Positions 1 to 12,716 of a stretch of DNA of 64,000 bases are shown here, piece after piece. The stretch lies in NCBI GenBank assembly GCA_965240325.2, contig OZ251248.1:248001-312000 (forward strand), written 5' to 3'. Each line of letters opens with the position of its first letter. The first letter of the stretch is position 1. The stretch comes from Rebecca billardiae RCC1528 (Eukaryota > Protista > Haptophyta). The notes beneath the pieces are model-generated. The model was given only the letters and a program-made list of their open reading frames with translations, ran no database searches and had not been told where the DNA came from. The translations under genes were made by a program, and so were the position numbers.

Positions 1-318
1 GTGCTCAGCGCACCGGCTGCCGCGCGTATCGCCCGGCATGCGAAATGAAGGCCACTTGGTGCAGCCCGCGTGATCGCACTTGGGGTTCACCACATTGACC
101 ATGCGGGCCAGCTTGTGCTCAGCGCACCGGCTGCCGCGCGTGTCGCCCGGCATGCCGAATGAAGGCCACTTGGTGCAGCCCGCGTGATCGCACTTGGGGT
201 TCATCACATTGACCATGCTGGCCAGCTTGTGCTCAGTGCACCGGCTCGGGCGCGTGTCGCCCGGCATGCCGAATGACGGCTGTTTTGTGCAGCCGTCATG
301 ACCGCACTTGCGGCTCAT
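1..318 (-). CDS. EsV-1-7-like cysteine-rich repeat protein (partial, runs off window start)
   Basis: Manual translation from the ATG at 318 gives MSRKCGHDGCTKQPSFGMPGDTRPSRCTEHKLASMVNVMNPKCDHAGCTKWPSFGMPGDTRGSRCAEHK... The unit is 38 aa/114 bp with C-x4-C-x16-C-x2-H, the same family as 49524-50486. Confidence 0.8.
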   Translation of the reverse strand, partial: MSRKCGHDGCTKQPSFGMPGDTRPSRCTEHKLASMVNVMNPKCDHAGCTKWPSFGMPGDTRGSRCAEHKLARMVNVVNPKCDHAGCTKWPSFRMPGDTRGSRCAEH

Positions 319-3300
319 CGAGTAGCTCGTGCTGCCGTGTACCCTCGGCTCGGTGGCTCCGGCGGCAGCAGGGACTCGCGCTGGACGGTGTGCCACCCCG
401 CCCCCCGCTCGGTTTCGGTTCTTGTGTGTCCGATCCGGATCGGGGGATAGTCCGGTAGACACCCCAGGAGTCCGGATGGGTGCGATCGACAGCGGACAGC
501 ACCGCGCTGCGACGCGCGAGCTGTAAGGCCGCCGCCCGCCGCCATGGACCTCAGCTTCATGGACCAGCCCTTCGGCGCACGTGATGAGGATGCTGAGGCG
601 CGCGATGGGGGCCTCGACATGCTCGGAGGGGCGGATTTTCGCCATGAAAAAGCCTTTTTCGGATTTTGGGCGCCTCATTTCTCCCGATTTTTCTGCTCGT
701 CAAAAATCGCCACCGGCCGTCCGACGGCTCGCCGCGACGAAGGTCGGAAGGGGCTCGAGGGCTCGAGAGCCTCGACTGGACGACTGCGCCGCCTCATGTC
801 AGGTGTAGTGCTAGACACATCGTTCGGGTGCCCCGGTGGTGGGCGTGCACACCCTGAGCGACATGTCTGCGTTGCTTCCGCCGCCCGCGGTCCGTCGCCA
901 GGTCGAATTCTCGCCTGACGGCGCGCGTCGAACGCTCACCTGCTGGGTTGCGCGGCGCCTTCGAGACGGGCCACCTCGGGTAATATGCGGGCCACGCGAC
1001 GGCTCGTGTGGGCCACCGCCTACCCCTAGCATGTACTCGATGCCACCACCAGCGTTGGGCGCGCTGCGCATCGCCAACTCTTCATCCGGCCAGTCCCGTC
1101 ACGTTTGCGCATGGGTCGTCCTGAGCGGCGGCTGTCGATTTGTGCTCCTCGTGGAGCTGTATGACGGGCTGGTGGCGAGCAGGATGGCTCGCCTTGCGGG
1201 GCTGGGGGTGTACAGTCGCAGTGTAGTGGCTGCCGGCTGACTCCCATCGCCTGGGTGCTGCTTTACCGTCATGGCCTTTGCTGCGAGCACAAGGTCGAGG
1301 ATCGTACCGCGGTCTGCGAGGCAGAGTCGACGGAGTCGTCGCTTGAAGATGGTTGAGAGCGCTCATACGTCTTCCTTGGTGTCGTGCGGCTACTCCAGCA
1401 CGCAAGGCTCGCGCTCTGGCACGTGTTTGGTGTCCATGGGTGGCACATTGTGCCATTCGGGTGGCTCGGAAGCACGTGCTCGGGTGTCTTTCCCGTTTAC
1501 GCGCGGTGGGCCAAGTCACCACGCACGGCCAGAGCATGTCATGGCACGCAGAGGGTGCCCATAAACGATCCCCACCCCGGTGGTGGCCGTAGGCGCACTC
1601 GAAGCGGTCGCATCGTCACCCGCGGATCACATCAGTCCGCCGTTGAGGCTGTCGGGCGAGCAAAGACGTGCGATCTGACCCTTGGACGGGCAGCTAGAAT
1701 CGCGATTATGCCTCATCTAAGGACGCACATGTCGTCGTTGTAGGCAGTACTGATGCCCCAAGTGAAAGGGCGGGCGTGGCACGCGACTTGACAGCTTGAA
1801 TGACTCGATGCACGCCGCCATGGACACGCGATCCGGATCCATTGCGAACCTGCCGTGTGGCTCACGGCGGCGCGCGTTGTGCCGCAGATCGGCCAGTTGC
1901 CACGCAGGAGATGGTCTCCAGACCAGGTCCAGCACCTGACCGACTGCCGCACGCCTGGCCGGGTGGGAGTCCGGCCCTCTTCTTGTCTGCAGGAGTGCGC
2001 GGAAGGCCAGGCGGAGCCTCGTCCGACCACTGCACCCCGAGCGCCGCACTAATCGTGCAGCCTGGGACAGCTACCCACCTATGGCGAATATGTAACGACA
2101 TAGTGGCATTTTAATTATACATGTCCATAACTCATACTCATGCGGGTACATTGCCCATAATATGCGGGTATAAATGGGTAATATAGTCGATCTTGCAGTA
2201 GTTGAGTACGGCCACTTGCGCACAGACCACAGCCCATCCTAATGGCCTGTAACAGGGTTCATGCTCGCCTCGACGTACGCCAATATGTAAGTTCGTGCGT
2301 TTGGGCTCATTTCGGCTTAGTACTTACCCACATTCGGACTGACGATTCTCTATGTGTCCGTAGTTGTCCGCGGCGCGCGCGCGCACGCTCACGACGGGCC
2401 ACGGATGCGATTTTTAGGCCGAAACTTTTGCTGCGCCCGGGCTGGGCCCATTTGTTACGCTGTTTCCGGGTGTGAGCGCGTGCCTAGGGGCCCGCCTTCA
2501 TTTGGCGATAAAATCCCCGAAAGTGCTCCAGTGCGTTTGGACCAGGCTACGGCGGGGGCGGGCGGGGCCCTCAGCCTCAGGCTCAGCGGGTGGCGCACTG
2601 ATGTATTTCTGACCTGGACGGAAGGCGCGGACGCACTTCTAGTTCTCGATGCATGTGTCTGTTGCACTCTGAGCCTGACGCTTGTCCGATGCTGCCACGT
2701 CGTTAAATATATATCCCGTAGCAGTCGTCTCCGAATTTAATAATAAGCATATCTAGGCATCAGTATATATATATATATAGTTAAAACGGACAGTATGCAT
2801 ATTTTAAAAACTTCGTCGTAAACGACTGTGCCCTGGCGGGCGGGGAGGTCGGCGGGCCGTGCCAGTGCTACTGTCGCAATGTTTCCTCTGCGGGTTCGCG
2901 TCTTTCCGTCCACATTCGCTCGTGGCCGTGGGTGACGGACAGTCCGAGGGCGAGGACCAGTGACACCTGTCAAAGTTTGCCCCGTGACGTGTACACGTCT
3001 GTGCGCATCAGCAAGGCCCACACCCACGAGGGAATGTGCAGCACGCGGGGCGGGGCGGGTAGCCCGTTGCTCCGCGCGAGCGCAGGTACGCGCTGTATGT
3101 GCCGCATCTCGACCGCGATGGCGTAATCGAGCGCCTCGCCACCGACGAAGCCGCCAGAGTAGATCGTGTGCATGTCCTCCTGCCGCCAGCCGAGAGCGGT
3201 CGTCGCGAGGACGCTTGCCGATGTCCGCTCCGGGCATGATGGGCTCGGCGCAGGTCGCGTTGACATCGTACACGGCCGCCACGCTGAGCACGAGCGCGTT

Positions 3301-4890
3301 GACGTTCACGCGGTCGTCGCTCTTCGCCTCTTCGACAGATCTGGAGCCCGCGTGTTTGGCGGCACGAGGACATGTTGGTTGTGCGCGCGCGCGCGCACAG
3401 CGACAGCGTGTGCCACTCGCGATCGAGAGTGGGCACGAGCTGCTCACGCAGACACACGAATCGCAGCGCATCCGTCACCGGCGTGACGACTTCCGCCTCG
3501 TCCCGCAGCGCCTGCGCCATGGACGAGGATGGCGCGTCGATGTTGCATGCTCGACGATTCATCTCTCTGCGGATGGCATCACGGGCTTGTCTGTGTCGCG
3601 CTGCGGCGAGGGTCGCCAACTCACGAAGGCACGGTTGCTGCCACGGCGACAGACCCGGGAGGTGCGTCCGCTGCGCGTCGTACGCCGTTGGCGCTGCGCT
3701 TCCGTCGCATTGGTCACCGTCGACGCCATGCAGGCCGGACGTGGGCTTCGGTTGAGGGACCGGCGGACCGCGAGCGACAGTCCGGTTCGCGATGAGGATT
3801 CCGGCGATCGAGTTCAGAAGGCCGCGCCAAATCTTGCGTCGCGTGCGATGGCGCTTCCCGCCCGCGAGGCACCTCGTGATGAGGGCCTTTCCGCACCGAG
3901 CCCGACGCACGGCGGTGGATCGCGCGAGGTGGCTGTCGTGCGCAGCGCTTGACGCTATGACCCGTGCGAGCGCTCGACGTGCAAGTCGGGCGAGGACCGC
4001 CCCAGGTCGCACGATCGTGTCGACGCGCCGAGCGTACCTCCAAACGCGTCGACTTATTGGCCCCCGTTCGACCTGCACGCGAGACGACGAGGGCAGCAAT
4101 CGCGAATCGGGCGGAAACCCGTCTCGGGAGTCCCCGCGCGATGTCCGCGCCGGCGTTGGATTTGGCGCGCGCCGGTGGTTTGTTTTCGGCCGAGCGTCCC
4201 CAGTGGGAGCTGCGAGCCGCGGGCGGCGAGGGCGCCCGGTAGGCGGTAGTGAGCGAAGCGAGTTTCTTTTTTGGAGAGGCGATTTTCTTTTTTCTTTTCA
4301 TTTTCTTATCTTTTCCCGGGCACTACAAGGGGCGGACCTACGGGCTCTGGCTTCGGTTGACCCCTGCCAGAGACGGGCACTGTGAGCTCCTTCATGAAGT
4401 CACTCGTGAAAACTGCACAGGAGGACCTCACAATGGATGCCTAGATGATGACTTCAGAGCGATATTGGGCCAACAAGCACTTCCGACAGGTTGCACAGGA
4501 AACTGTCCTTGGTGTTACATTTCTCAGAGACGGCGCCTCTGAAGGATGGCGCCCGCCCACTCGCCGCTCGTGGGTGGCGCGCGCCTCGCGTGTCGATGCA
4601 GCCCCGCATGATGACTAGCTGAATGCGCGTATCGTCAGGACTTGTCCGCGTGCGCTACATCCCTTGAGCTAGCACAGCCGGGACACCCTCGCCGTCGGCA
4701 GTGACTGTCATCATCCCAGCACACGTCGCGTGATGAGACGGCAAAGCCACAGCAGCATCACCCTCTCGACCAGGATCATCAGGCAGCTGGAGACAGTCCT
4801 CCCTTCGACGCGTCTCGGAGCGAGCGCACACGCCCGGCTCTATCTGCTTCACACCGCCCGCGCCATCCGCCTCGAGCCCGCCAACGCCCG

Positions 4891-5490
4891 TCACCACGCG
4901 CAGTATGGCAAACCGTCATGATCGGACCGAGCTCGTCGACGAGTGCAGCCTTCGCCAGCAGTGCCGCGCGCGAGCATTCGAGTTCGACAGTAAGTCGTCA
5001 GCGACTTGTGGGCCGGCGGGGAGATCCACGCGTGGCATGATAGCATGTAGGTCGTCAGCTCCTGCTCGGTGTACGCACGCGCTCTGCATCTGAACACTCG
5101 ATAGAAGCTTTCGATGATCACCATCGAGCTGTCTACGTGAGCCTGTGCGACCGTCTGCGCAACACCTCGCGCCTCACCCTTGGTGCTGCGCTCACGCGAG
5201 ACAAAGAAGGCTATGTAGGGCTCACTGGCCATTCGTACAGGAAGAGCGTCCTTGCCGCAGCGAGTGACAGCTTCCTTCGCCCGCTCCTTAGCACTCGCCC
5301 TGCTGTTCTTGGGCGTGAGTGAGGCGTGGTGCCTCGTCAGCCTGCAGAGCAGTTCTTGTCGATGCGTGTCACAGCGCGGAAGCACGTGTGCGTTCGAGAG
5401 GCGTCGTGCGTGGATGCCGTTCTTCATGCTGACGACATAGACGGACTGCGTAGCGGCCATCTCCTCATCCAAGAGCCTCGAGCATGCCAC
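4891..5490 (-). pseudogene. Degenerate DDE transposase fragment (Mutator-like)
   Basis: SNAHVLPRCDTHRQELLCRL..H resembles the MULE NAxxxVFPxxxHxLCxxH motif. It is followed by SSMVIIESFYRVFR, which resembles TNxxxESFHxxLK. The fragment lies inside the TIR element and flanking frames are broken. Confidence 0.45.
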
Positions 5491-6186
5491 GACTCTGACA
5501 CTTCAGCGCTCCGGCCGGCGCGCATGCACCATCAAGTGCAACCGAGCGATTGAGAGGTAGCCGCCGCCAGCTTTTCGACCCTCACCAACACGCGCTGGAT
5601 GAACATTGCAAGGTTGTCGCATTCTATGAGTGCCGCGTGTCTCCTCCCGCGACTGTTGCTGCGCAACGTGATGTGCAAGACCAGTCGCGCGCGCGCTCCA
5701 TCCAATGCATGCACAGCTGATGCATGGACGTGGCCGAGCGCAAGCACGCACGCGCGAGTCGTAGGCTGCGAACGTCGTGTGCGGCCAGACTGCGACGTGC
5801 ATGGCACGTATCCACCTTGCATTGCTACCTCTCTTCACACCGGGCCTGGAACTCTTCCAGGCTGAGACGGCCTGCTCTGCTGCCCTCTGCGACTCAGATG
5901 CCACGTGAACGTGCCGCGCGGCTGCGCGATGTCGCGATTGGAGCTCAAGGGTGGTTGACTTTCGGTACATGCTACTCAAGCAGGAAGAGGCCGATCGAGG
6001 CGCGGAGTGGCGCGCTGCACCCGCAACAGCGGGCATCGTGCAGCGCGCGAGAGCGCGCGCCGCTTCCGAGCGCACGGCGACGGCGCCATGTACCGAAAGA
6101 CGGGTGGACAGGTCGCGTCCACTGGGAATGTAACATCTGTCAGTCGCGGGCGGTCATTTTTCCGTGCAACCTGTCTTCCTCTATAG

Positions 6187-6326
6187 TTCAGACTCTATTT
6201 TTACTATATGTATTTACCCATTTCAGACTCTGGTCAGAACACGGTCCGGGAGCGATCCGGATGCACCCGTAGCTATTGGGAATATGTCACCGGACTGGGT
6301 AAATAGCTATGAAAATAGAGTCTGAA
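6187..6326. mobile_element. MITE-like element, ~31-bp imperfect TIRs
   Basis: TTCAGACTCTATTTTT..TATTTACCCA (6187-6220) pairs with TGGGTAAATA..AAAATAGAGTCTGAA (6296-6326). Confidence 0.5.
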
Positions 6327-6837
6327 GTAGTCACAAACTGAGTTTCACACCCTGGGCACTTATTGGCCATCCATAGTAACCCTACCAAGGGCGTTCCCGG
6401 GATCCTGCCACACGCTCCCGAAAAGCAAAGCCCCCCCCTGGGGGGGCTTTGCCTTTTTCCGTATTCAATGTACCCGCTTCAAATGGACGAAGCCCGTTCC
6501 AATAGGAAGACGGTTCAATTTGGCGTATGACCGATGCGGGGAACGCCCCTGTGGAGCCCTGTGGGACACTTCGGGCGTTCATTCGGCCGCAGGAATGCGA
6601 AGATCATTTTCGGTACGCCCGGTTTCTATGACCGGACTGGCAGGGGTCAACCGGAGCCAGAGCCTACGGCCCGCCATGAATAGTGTCGTCTGAGTATCGG
6701 CGCGCGGCCCCAGAGTGCTATTTAAGTGATTTCATATAATAGCCACGCCCACGGGCGGGGCTTAGCCAGCCTCGCATTGTCAGCACGCGAGAAACTATTA
6801 TTCCGTATTCGGAAATTTATAGTGGCTCAAGACAGTC

Positions 6838-6908
6838 ATCGGGCACTGCCGCCGACGAATCAGGAGACCCGCGTCGTCCTACCTGTGTCGTTAAATCATA
6901 GAATGAGT
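6838..6908. repeat. Dispersed repeat, copy of 38599-38672
   Basis: ATCGGGCACTGCCGCCGACGAATCAGGAGACCCGCGTCGTCCTACCTGTGTC is identical at both sites, followed by AAATCATAGAATGAGT. Confidence 0.8.
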
Positions 6909-9900
6909 CAAGTGAGGCGGCATCCGATTACCCGCGCCGGCATGGCACAGCACTCAGCAGGCCCAGTGCGGGCAGTGTGATCACTGCGATGCGGCTGATG
7001 CCGGCGCTGCAGGGCAGCGGAGTCATCGCCCGTCACCACCAGCTAAGCCCGAACAGGGCTGACGGCCGCCGCACTCGGCGCTGCCACCGTCGGCGGCGGC
7101 GACGGCGGACGGCCGGACGTCGTCACAGCAGCGGTCCGGTGAGTGGCTGCGCATCGCCGCTCGGTCGTACTCCGGCCCCGGGGACAGCTGGACGCTACAC
7201 GGCACGATTCGGGTCGCGAGTAGCCTCGTGCGCGCGACCGAGCTAGAGATGGTCGTTGAGAGTAGCATGTATCATATGTAGCATAGGAATGTAGCATAGG
7301 GCTAAGGATGACGAGGTAATTGCTCACTCTCGGTTGGACCGTATTCAGTGGCGCGCCAGTCTCGGATGCGGGCCTTCAGCGGCTACCGGCGCTGCATATG
7401 GTCAAGGCGCGTCCAACGAGCCCAAGAGTTACATAGAGCTGACACGCTCAACCACCAGCACGGCCAAATAGCCGGCCACCAGCAAGCTGCTCGATACTTG
7501 CCTGCACCCCTTCACCACTCTCGGGCCGTTAAGGATCTGGACGTGGCTGCAAGCAAGCGCACGCCGCTGGCTCGCACGCTGTTCAACGATTACCAGCCTC
7601 ATCACTTCCGACTTGGTAGGGTGGGCCTGGGTAGCCCCAGCGGCGTGGACACGTGGCTAGATCGCCTGGGTCGATGAGGATCCAGCAGGGCCGCGTGGGC
7701 GCGCTCCCGCATCGGCGGATCCGCCTGATCGACAAAACGTTACAACGGTTACTGAATGTGACAACGTCTGCTGGTCATGACTCAGGCTGTTGAGTTTTAA
7801 GTTTTTCCGGTCCGACGCAGCCGGCCGGCCGGACTGGGGTGGGGCGGGAGGGTGCCGGCCGGGGCGGGCGCCGGGCGGCGGCCCGGGCGGCCGGCGGGGC
7901 GTGCGTCCGGTTTCCTCGTGATAGTGTCCGGGTAGTGATTGGGGTACTACTGATGTTTGACGTTTTGTGTCATTGGCTCTTGATGCCGGTCCCAGTAACC
8001 GAAGCCGTCCGGTTGGCCGCTCAACATTGTAAGTAACCATGGCGCTCATCATTTCCCAATCAAGGGAGATATTCATCAGAGCGCCGTCCAATATTGGGCA
8101 GGTGGGGCGCGCGCGGGCGCACAAAGCCATAAACCAAGTGATGCACTGTTTCGGTCTCGTCAGAGTCCCATCCGACGGAGCAGAATATTGCAAAAACCTA
8201 CCCGCCATGTCGATCTCCGATGTATCCGATATGATCTCGGCAACGACGTCGTTAACGTGCGCGAACAGACGTCTTTGGGCTCCGCGATTGCTGGGCTTTG
8301 TGGGTCCACTGGTCCACCCCTCGAGCTCCCGAGCCCTCGTCCCCACCAGATTCCTACGCGTCGCCCCCCCCGAGACTCGAGGGTTGCTGCGCTTTCTCGC
8401 CGCGCGCGAAACCACATCGCTGCTTACTCGGACACGCGCTCATGGGGAACAAGGGATCAACGCCGACGCCGTCGCCCCCGCCGGGTCGCCTCCTCGCGTC
8501 TGATACGTTCCACTCCGACTTCTTCGACTCGCCGGCGTTGGCGCGCGTGGAGACGACGGCCGTGGTCGCGGCCGGCGCCGCCATGCTTTTGCTCGTCGTT
8601 GTTCTCGCTGCCGCATGGGCGAAGAGAGGACGGTCCGCCCCGGCCAAGGCCGATGCGATCGCGAGCGCCGACGCCGGCGCTGCGAGCACATCGCAGGAGG
8701 TGTAACATGCCCAACTGCCTCCCTGCATCCTGCGGGCTCGCTGATTGTTGTGGCCGTCCCCGCGGGCGGCGACTCGCGCCTGTGCCAGCCCATGTCCGAC
8801 GAAGACGTTCTTCTCGTGCTCGCAGGCCACTTCGGGCTGGCCGCGCGACGCGATTCATCGCAGCCTCGTCGCTACTGTGCTGCGAGGCTCAGATCCCCAT
8901 CCCCAAACGACAGACGGCGCAGCCTGTCTCAGTCTGGGCGGCGACTGCGCCGACTGCCGGCCGGCGCAACTTTCGGTCCGTTCCACGCTCGGCACGGATC
9001 GGCACTGCAGTGTCTGGCACGACTGCCCACGCATGTGAACACGCATGACCTACAGTATCATTCAACTTCACGATCAATATTCATGAATCATGCTTCTAAA
9101 CGGCGCGAACAAGTCACTTGAGAGTATTTACAAGAGTTAACCCGCTTACCGAATACCGTCTGACTTACTCTCGGACTCGGCCTCGCGGCGCCGCGGCCCG
9201 CGTGCGGCGGGGCCCGCGCCCGTGCCGGAGTGCCCCCTGGCCCTGTCCGGGCCGGCCGGCCCGACTAGTGATTCGGTCACGGTCGTCGGCAGACGGAGAC
9301 GTCATCGGACGATCACGAACCCGTGAGTAACGGTCACCGGCGCGGCGTGACGCGCAGTCGCGGCCGCGGCGGGCAGCGTCAGGGCCGTCGGCAGCCGGCG
9401 CCACTACGGCTACGCCAACGGCCATGCCATGGGCGCGGGCCCCCGATCGGCCCGGATGACGCCAATCGCCATCAATCACTCATATCAGCGGCATCGCAGC
9501 CGGCTTGAGCCGGGGCCTTAGACGACACTGACCGTCGTGACTGACTGAGCACGAGCATCCAGAACGACACAGCCTGATCCAAACCTGAATGAAACCAGGC
9601 GGCGGCACAGCCCTGAGTCGGATCCCGGCGCCGTGATTTGGGAGTCGCCGCGCCGCGTCAGCTGCTGTGCTCACGGCTGACCGTAACTGTAAGTAAGCGG
9701 CGCCCCGGCCCGCCCGGGCGGGCGGGCCGCGCCGCACCGCCAGTGGCCGCCGCGCAGGCCCGAGCCCGCGGGACCCGGGCCTGGGGACTGGCTCGGATGC
9801 CCGGGGACGGTGCCGGCAGTGGTCGCTGCCGCGGGCGCGCCACTCTGCCCTGATAGTGAATCGGGCCCGGGCGCGCGCAGAGTTCTTAGTCTGAGCGGCG

Positions 9901-10471
9901 CAGAGACGCATCAAGATCAAGAGTGCAGTCTGCGAGTGCGACCGCGCGGGCCGGCACGTGCCAACCGACGGTGCCAACTGGCCGCTGCGCAATGCAGTCA
10001 ACACGGCGGACGGCCCTGACGGTACGACGGTACGTCGCACGACGCCGACGGCGCCTACGGTCCGCGTGACGCCCGACTGACGGCCCTAAGAGTATAAGAC
10101 CTGACTACGGTACCTAATAAGCATCAGCAGTATAATGATCATAACAGTTGAGCAGAGCTTGACTCGCAGACTGACGCGCTGCCTGACCGTCGGGCCCGGG
10201 GCGGCCTGGCTAGTGAGTAGTGCCAGTGGGCAGCTACGGTGCGGTCGTAACGCGTCCGAGCATGGCCATGTAAGCGGCCGAGCCGTCAGCTGGCCCGGGA
10301 CGACAAGCGAGCCGCCCGTACGGCTGTACACTGGACCAGACGAACCGCAGCAAACCGCGCCACCGCGCCGGGACAGCCACAGCACCGCCATGGCACTCGG
10401 CAGCCCGGCTGCCGAATCGGCGTAGCAAACTCGACTCAGCTGCGACGTGACGCCCGCGGCCCCGTCTCGGC

Positions 10472-12716
10472 TCACGAGGGCGGCCTGGAAGCCATGGGCT
10501 GGAGGAGTGAGGCCGTCTGTGCCAGAGGGCTGGCGGTCGGCGGCGGATCGGCTGTCCTCGGCGCCCCATGTAGCTGCTCGCGCAGGCGGTGTTGGTGGTG
10601 CTCGGCCGCCGCCGGCGCGACGTGACACTCGGCCGTCGCACACGCAGCCCACGACCCCGCCGCGGGCGGCATGATTGGCAGCGGCTGCGCCGTGCCGTTG
10701 GCGCCACTCTCGGCGTCGGCGTGCACGCGCGGCACCCTGCCAGGCACGGGTGCCGGGGTGATTGGCGCCGCAGGGTGCAACGCCGCTGGACGGGAGCCCC
10801 CGCTCTCTGCTGGCCGCGGGGAGAGCGTCATGCGCGCGCTGAGACCGGACATGCTCCAGGATCGGGCGCGCGCCTCCGCCCCGCCAAAACTGCCGCCGCC
10901 GCCGCCGCCGCCGCCCGAGTTGCGGCCGCTCGCGCCGCCGCCAAACGAGCCGCTGCCGCCGAACTGTGCGCTCTTGCGCCGCGTGCCGCAGTCAGAGCAC
11001 GGCCCGCGCTGCGCCTGCGGGCTGTCCAGGTCCAGCTCGGCGAGCCCGAGCCGAATCTCGTCCGGTCCGATGCAAGAGCCCGCAGTGGCGCCGACGTCGA
11101 CGCCGGCCGCGGCCGCGGCGCCAGCCGGGCACGCGGGCGCCGCCGCCGAGTCAGCGTCATCGCCGGCGACTGCGACGTCTGATCTGTCTTTTGCGCGCGG
11201 CTCGGGCGCGCAGCCAGCGCCGCCCCGCAGCATGCGCGGCTCGGCGACGGGGCGCATGTCCCACGGGTGGTGCGCCGAGGTGGCCGTGAGCACGGGCGTC
11301 TGCTGCGCGAGCGCGAGCGCCTGAGCCTGCAAGTGCTGCGCCGTGGCGGAGGGCGTTCGGCTGGCGCCCTCGCCATCGTCGCTCGCAGCGCTCGAGTCCG
11401 CCTTGGCCGCGCGCGCCTCGCAGTATGTGAAGAAGCGGCGCATCCGGTTGAAGAACTCGGGCGCGTCCACCTCGATCACGTCCTCGTGCGTCGCGCCCTC
11501 CGCCCAGTACGGCTCGTACCGCGCCTCCGCGGCGCACAGCCCGTGCAGCCTCCGGCCGTGCGCGCAGTCGACCGTCTCGTCGGCGGTGCCGTGGAGGATC
11601 AGCACAGGGTCGCGTACGCTGTGCGCGCCGCGCGCGCGCGGGCGGGGGCGCGCGCGCGCGCGAGGGCGCGGCGGTCAGCGCGGCGGAACGCCCGGTCGGC
11701 GCGCCCGCGCCCACCGCGCGCGCGCGCGGCGCGGCAGGCAGGCAGGCAGGCAGGCGCTCACTGCTGCACGAGAGACGCATTGGGGTAGGGCTCAAGACAG
11801 GCGTACACGCGGTGCGGCGCGCAGCAGCCGTCGATGCGCGTGATCACCTGCGGCGGCGCGCGGGGCGGCGCGCGGCGGTGAGGCCGCGCGCGCGCGCGCG
11901 CCGCCCCGCGCCCGCGCCGCGCTCCCGGACCCACACCTGCAGTCCGGCCGCGATCGGCGAGTGCAGGACTACCCCCAGGAACCGATGCCTGCTCGCCGCG
12001 AACAGAGCGGGGTACGAACCGATCGACTGGCCGTAGGCGATGACCTGGCGCGCGGGGTTGATCCCGCGCGCGAGGAGGTGCTCGTACGCCGCGAGCACGT
12101 CCGCGCGCTGCGTGTGGTTCCGCGCCGACGCCGCCTGCGCCGTCGGGCCGTACCCGCTATACTCATATCCGAGGATGTTGACGCCTAGCCGATCGGAAAG
12201 TTCCTCGAAGTAGCGGTAGAGGAAGCCGCAGTCGACGGCGTTGGAGTGCGAGTAGAGCAGCGTGATCGAGGCGTTGAGCCGGCGGAAGAAGAACGCGGGG
12301 ATGCGCACGCCGCCGTGCGAGCTCAGCTCAACCACCTGCGCGCGCGTGCGCGTGAGGCTACTCACGCCGTATGCAGGGAAGTAGAAAGGGTTCAGCTTGC
12401 ACACGAGGTTGTTGTCGGCGGTGCGCTCGACGGCGTAGGAGGAGGGCGACGGGGGGAAGTAGGCGAACTCGCCCGCGAGCTCCGACGCGCTGCAGCCCTT
12501 GCGGCACCACATCACGCCGATGAGCGTCGAGACGACGCAGCCCTGTGGCAGGCAGCCGCGCCGATGCGCGACACGCGCCGGTCGCCGCGCCGCCGCGGGG
12601 CGAGGGCACGGCCCACGAGCGCCACGCGCGTCGGCGGGCGGAGCGCACGCCTTCGGGCGTGCCACGCGCACGCGCGCGGCCGGAGCGCGCACGCGCGGGC
12701 GCGACGGGCGCACCAT
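10472..12716 (-). CDS. ABHD17-like alpha/beta hydrolase (depalmitoylase family), 4 exons
   Basis: ATG at 12716 is followed directly by a GTGCGC donor. Exon 12542-11937 encodes GCVVS..FAYFPP..LYSHSNAVD..GYEYSGYG..GQSIG..VLHSP. A short exon lies at ~11847-11763. The last exon encodes PVLILHGTADETVD..GATHED, completing a Ser-Asp-His triad. Confidence 0.9.

Larger units (their letters stand above)
4343..6664 (-). mobile_element. TIR DNA transposon (28-bp TIRs) with decayed MULE-like transposase
   Basis: GGCTCTGGCTTCGGTTGACCCCTGCCAG at 4343-4370 matches 6637-6664 inverted at 27/28. TACG is duplicated at 4339-4342 and 6665-6668. Removing the element restores the intact host terminus seen in three other copies. 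Confidence 0.85.
2826..6676 (-). mobile_element. Helitron2/Helentron-like non-autonomous element, copy A (split by insertion 4343-6664)
   Basis: Reverse-complement homolog of 26912-28417. The 3' end ACGGCCCGCC..GCCAGGGCACAG lies at 2826-2860. The 5' end TGGCGGGCCGTAGGTCCGCC is split between 6665-6676 and 4331-4342. It carries the longest Ulp1-like fragment (ORF 2970-3266). Confidence 0.7.

Noticed and set aside
6421-6458. Rho-independent terminator
   Set aside because: The context is eukaryotic and inside a transposon; kept only as a hairpin.
7990-8705. Possible small spliced membrane protein ending MGNKGSTPTPSP..TM
   Set aside because: A TM-like segment is present, but the exon structure and start could not be supported.
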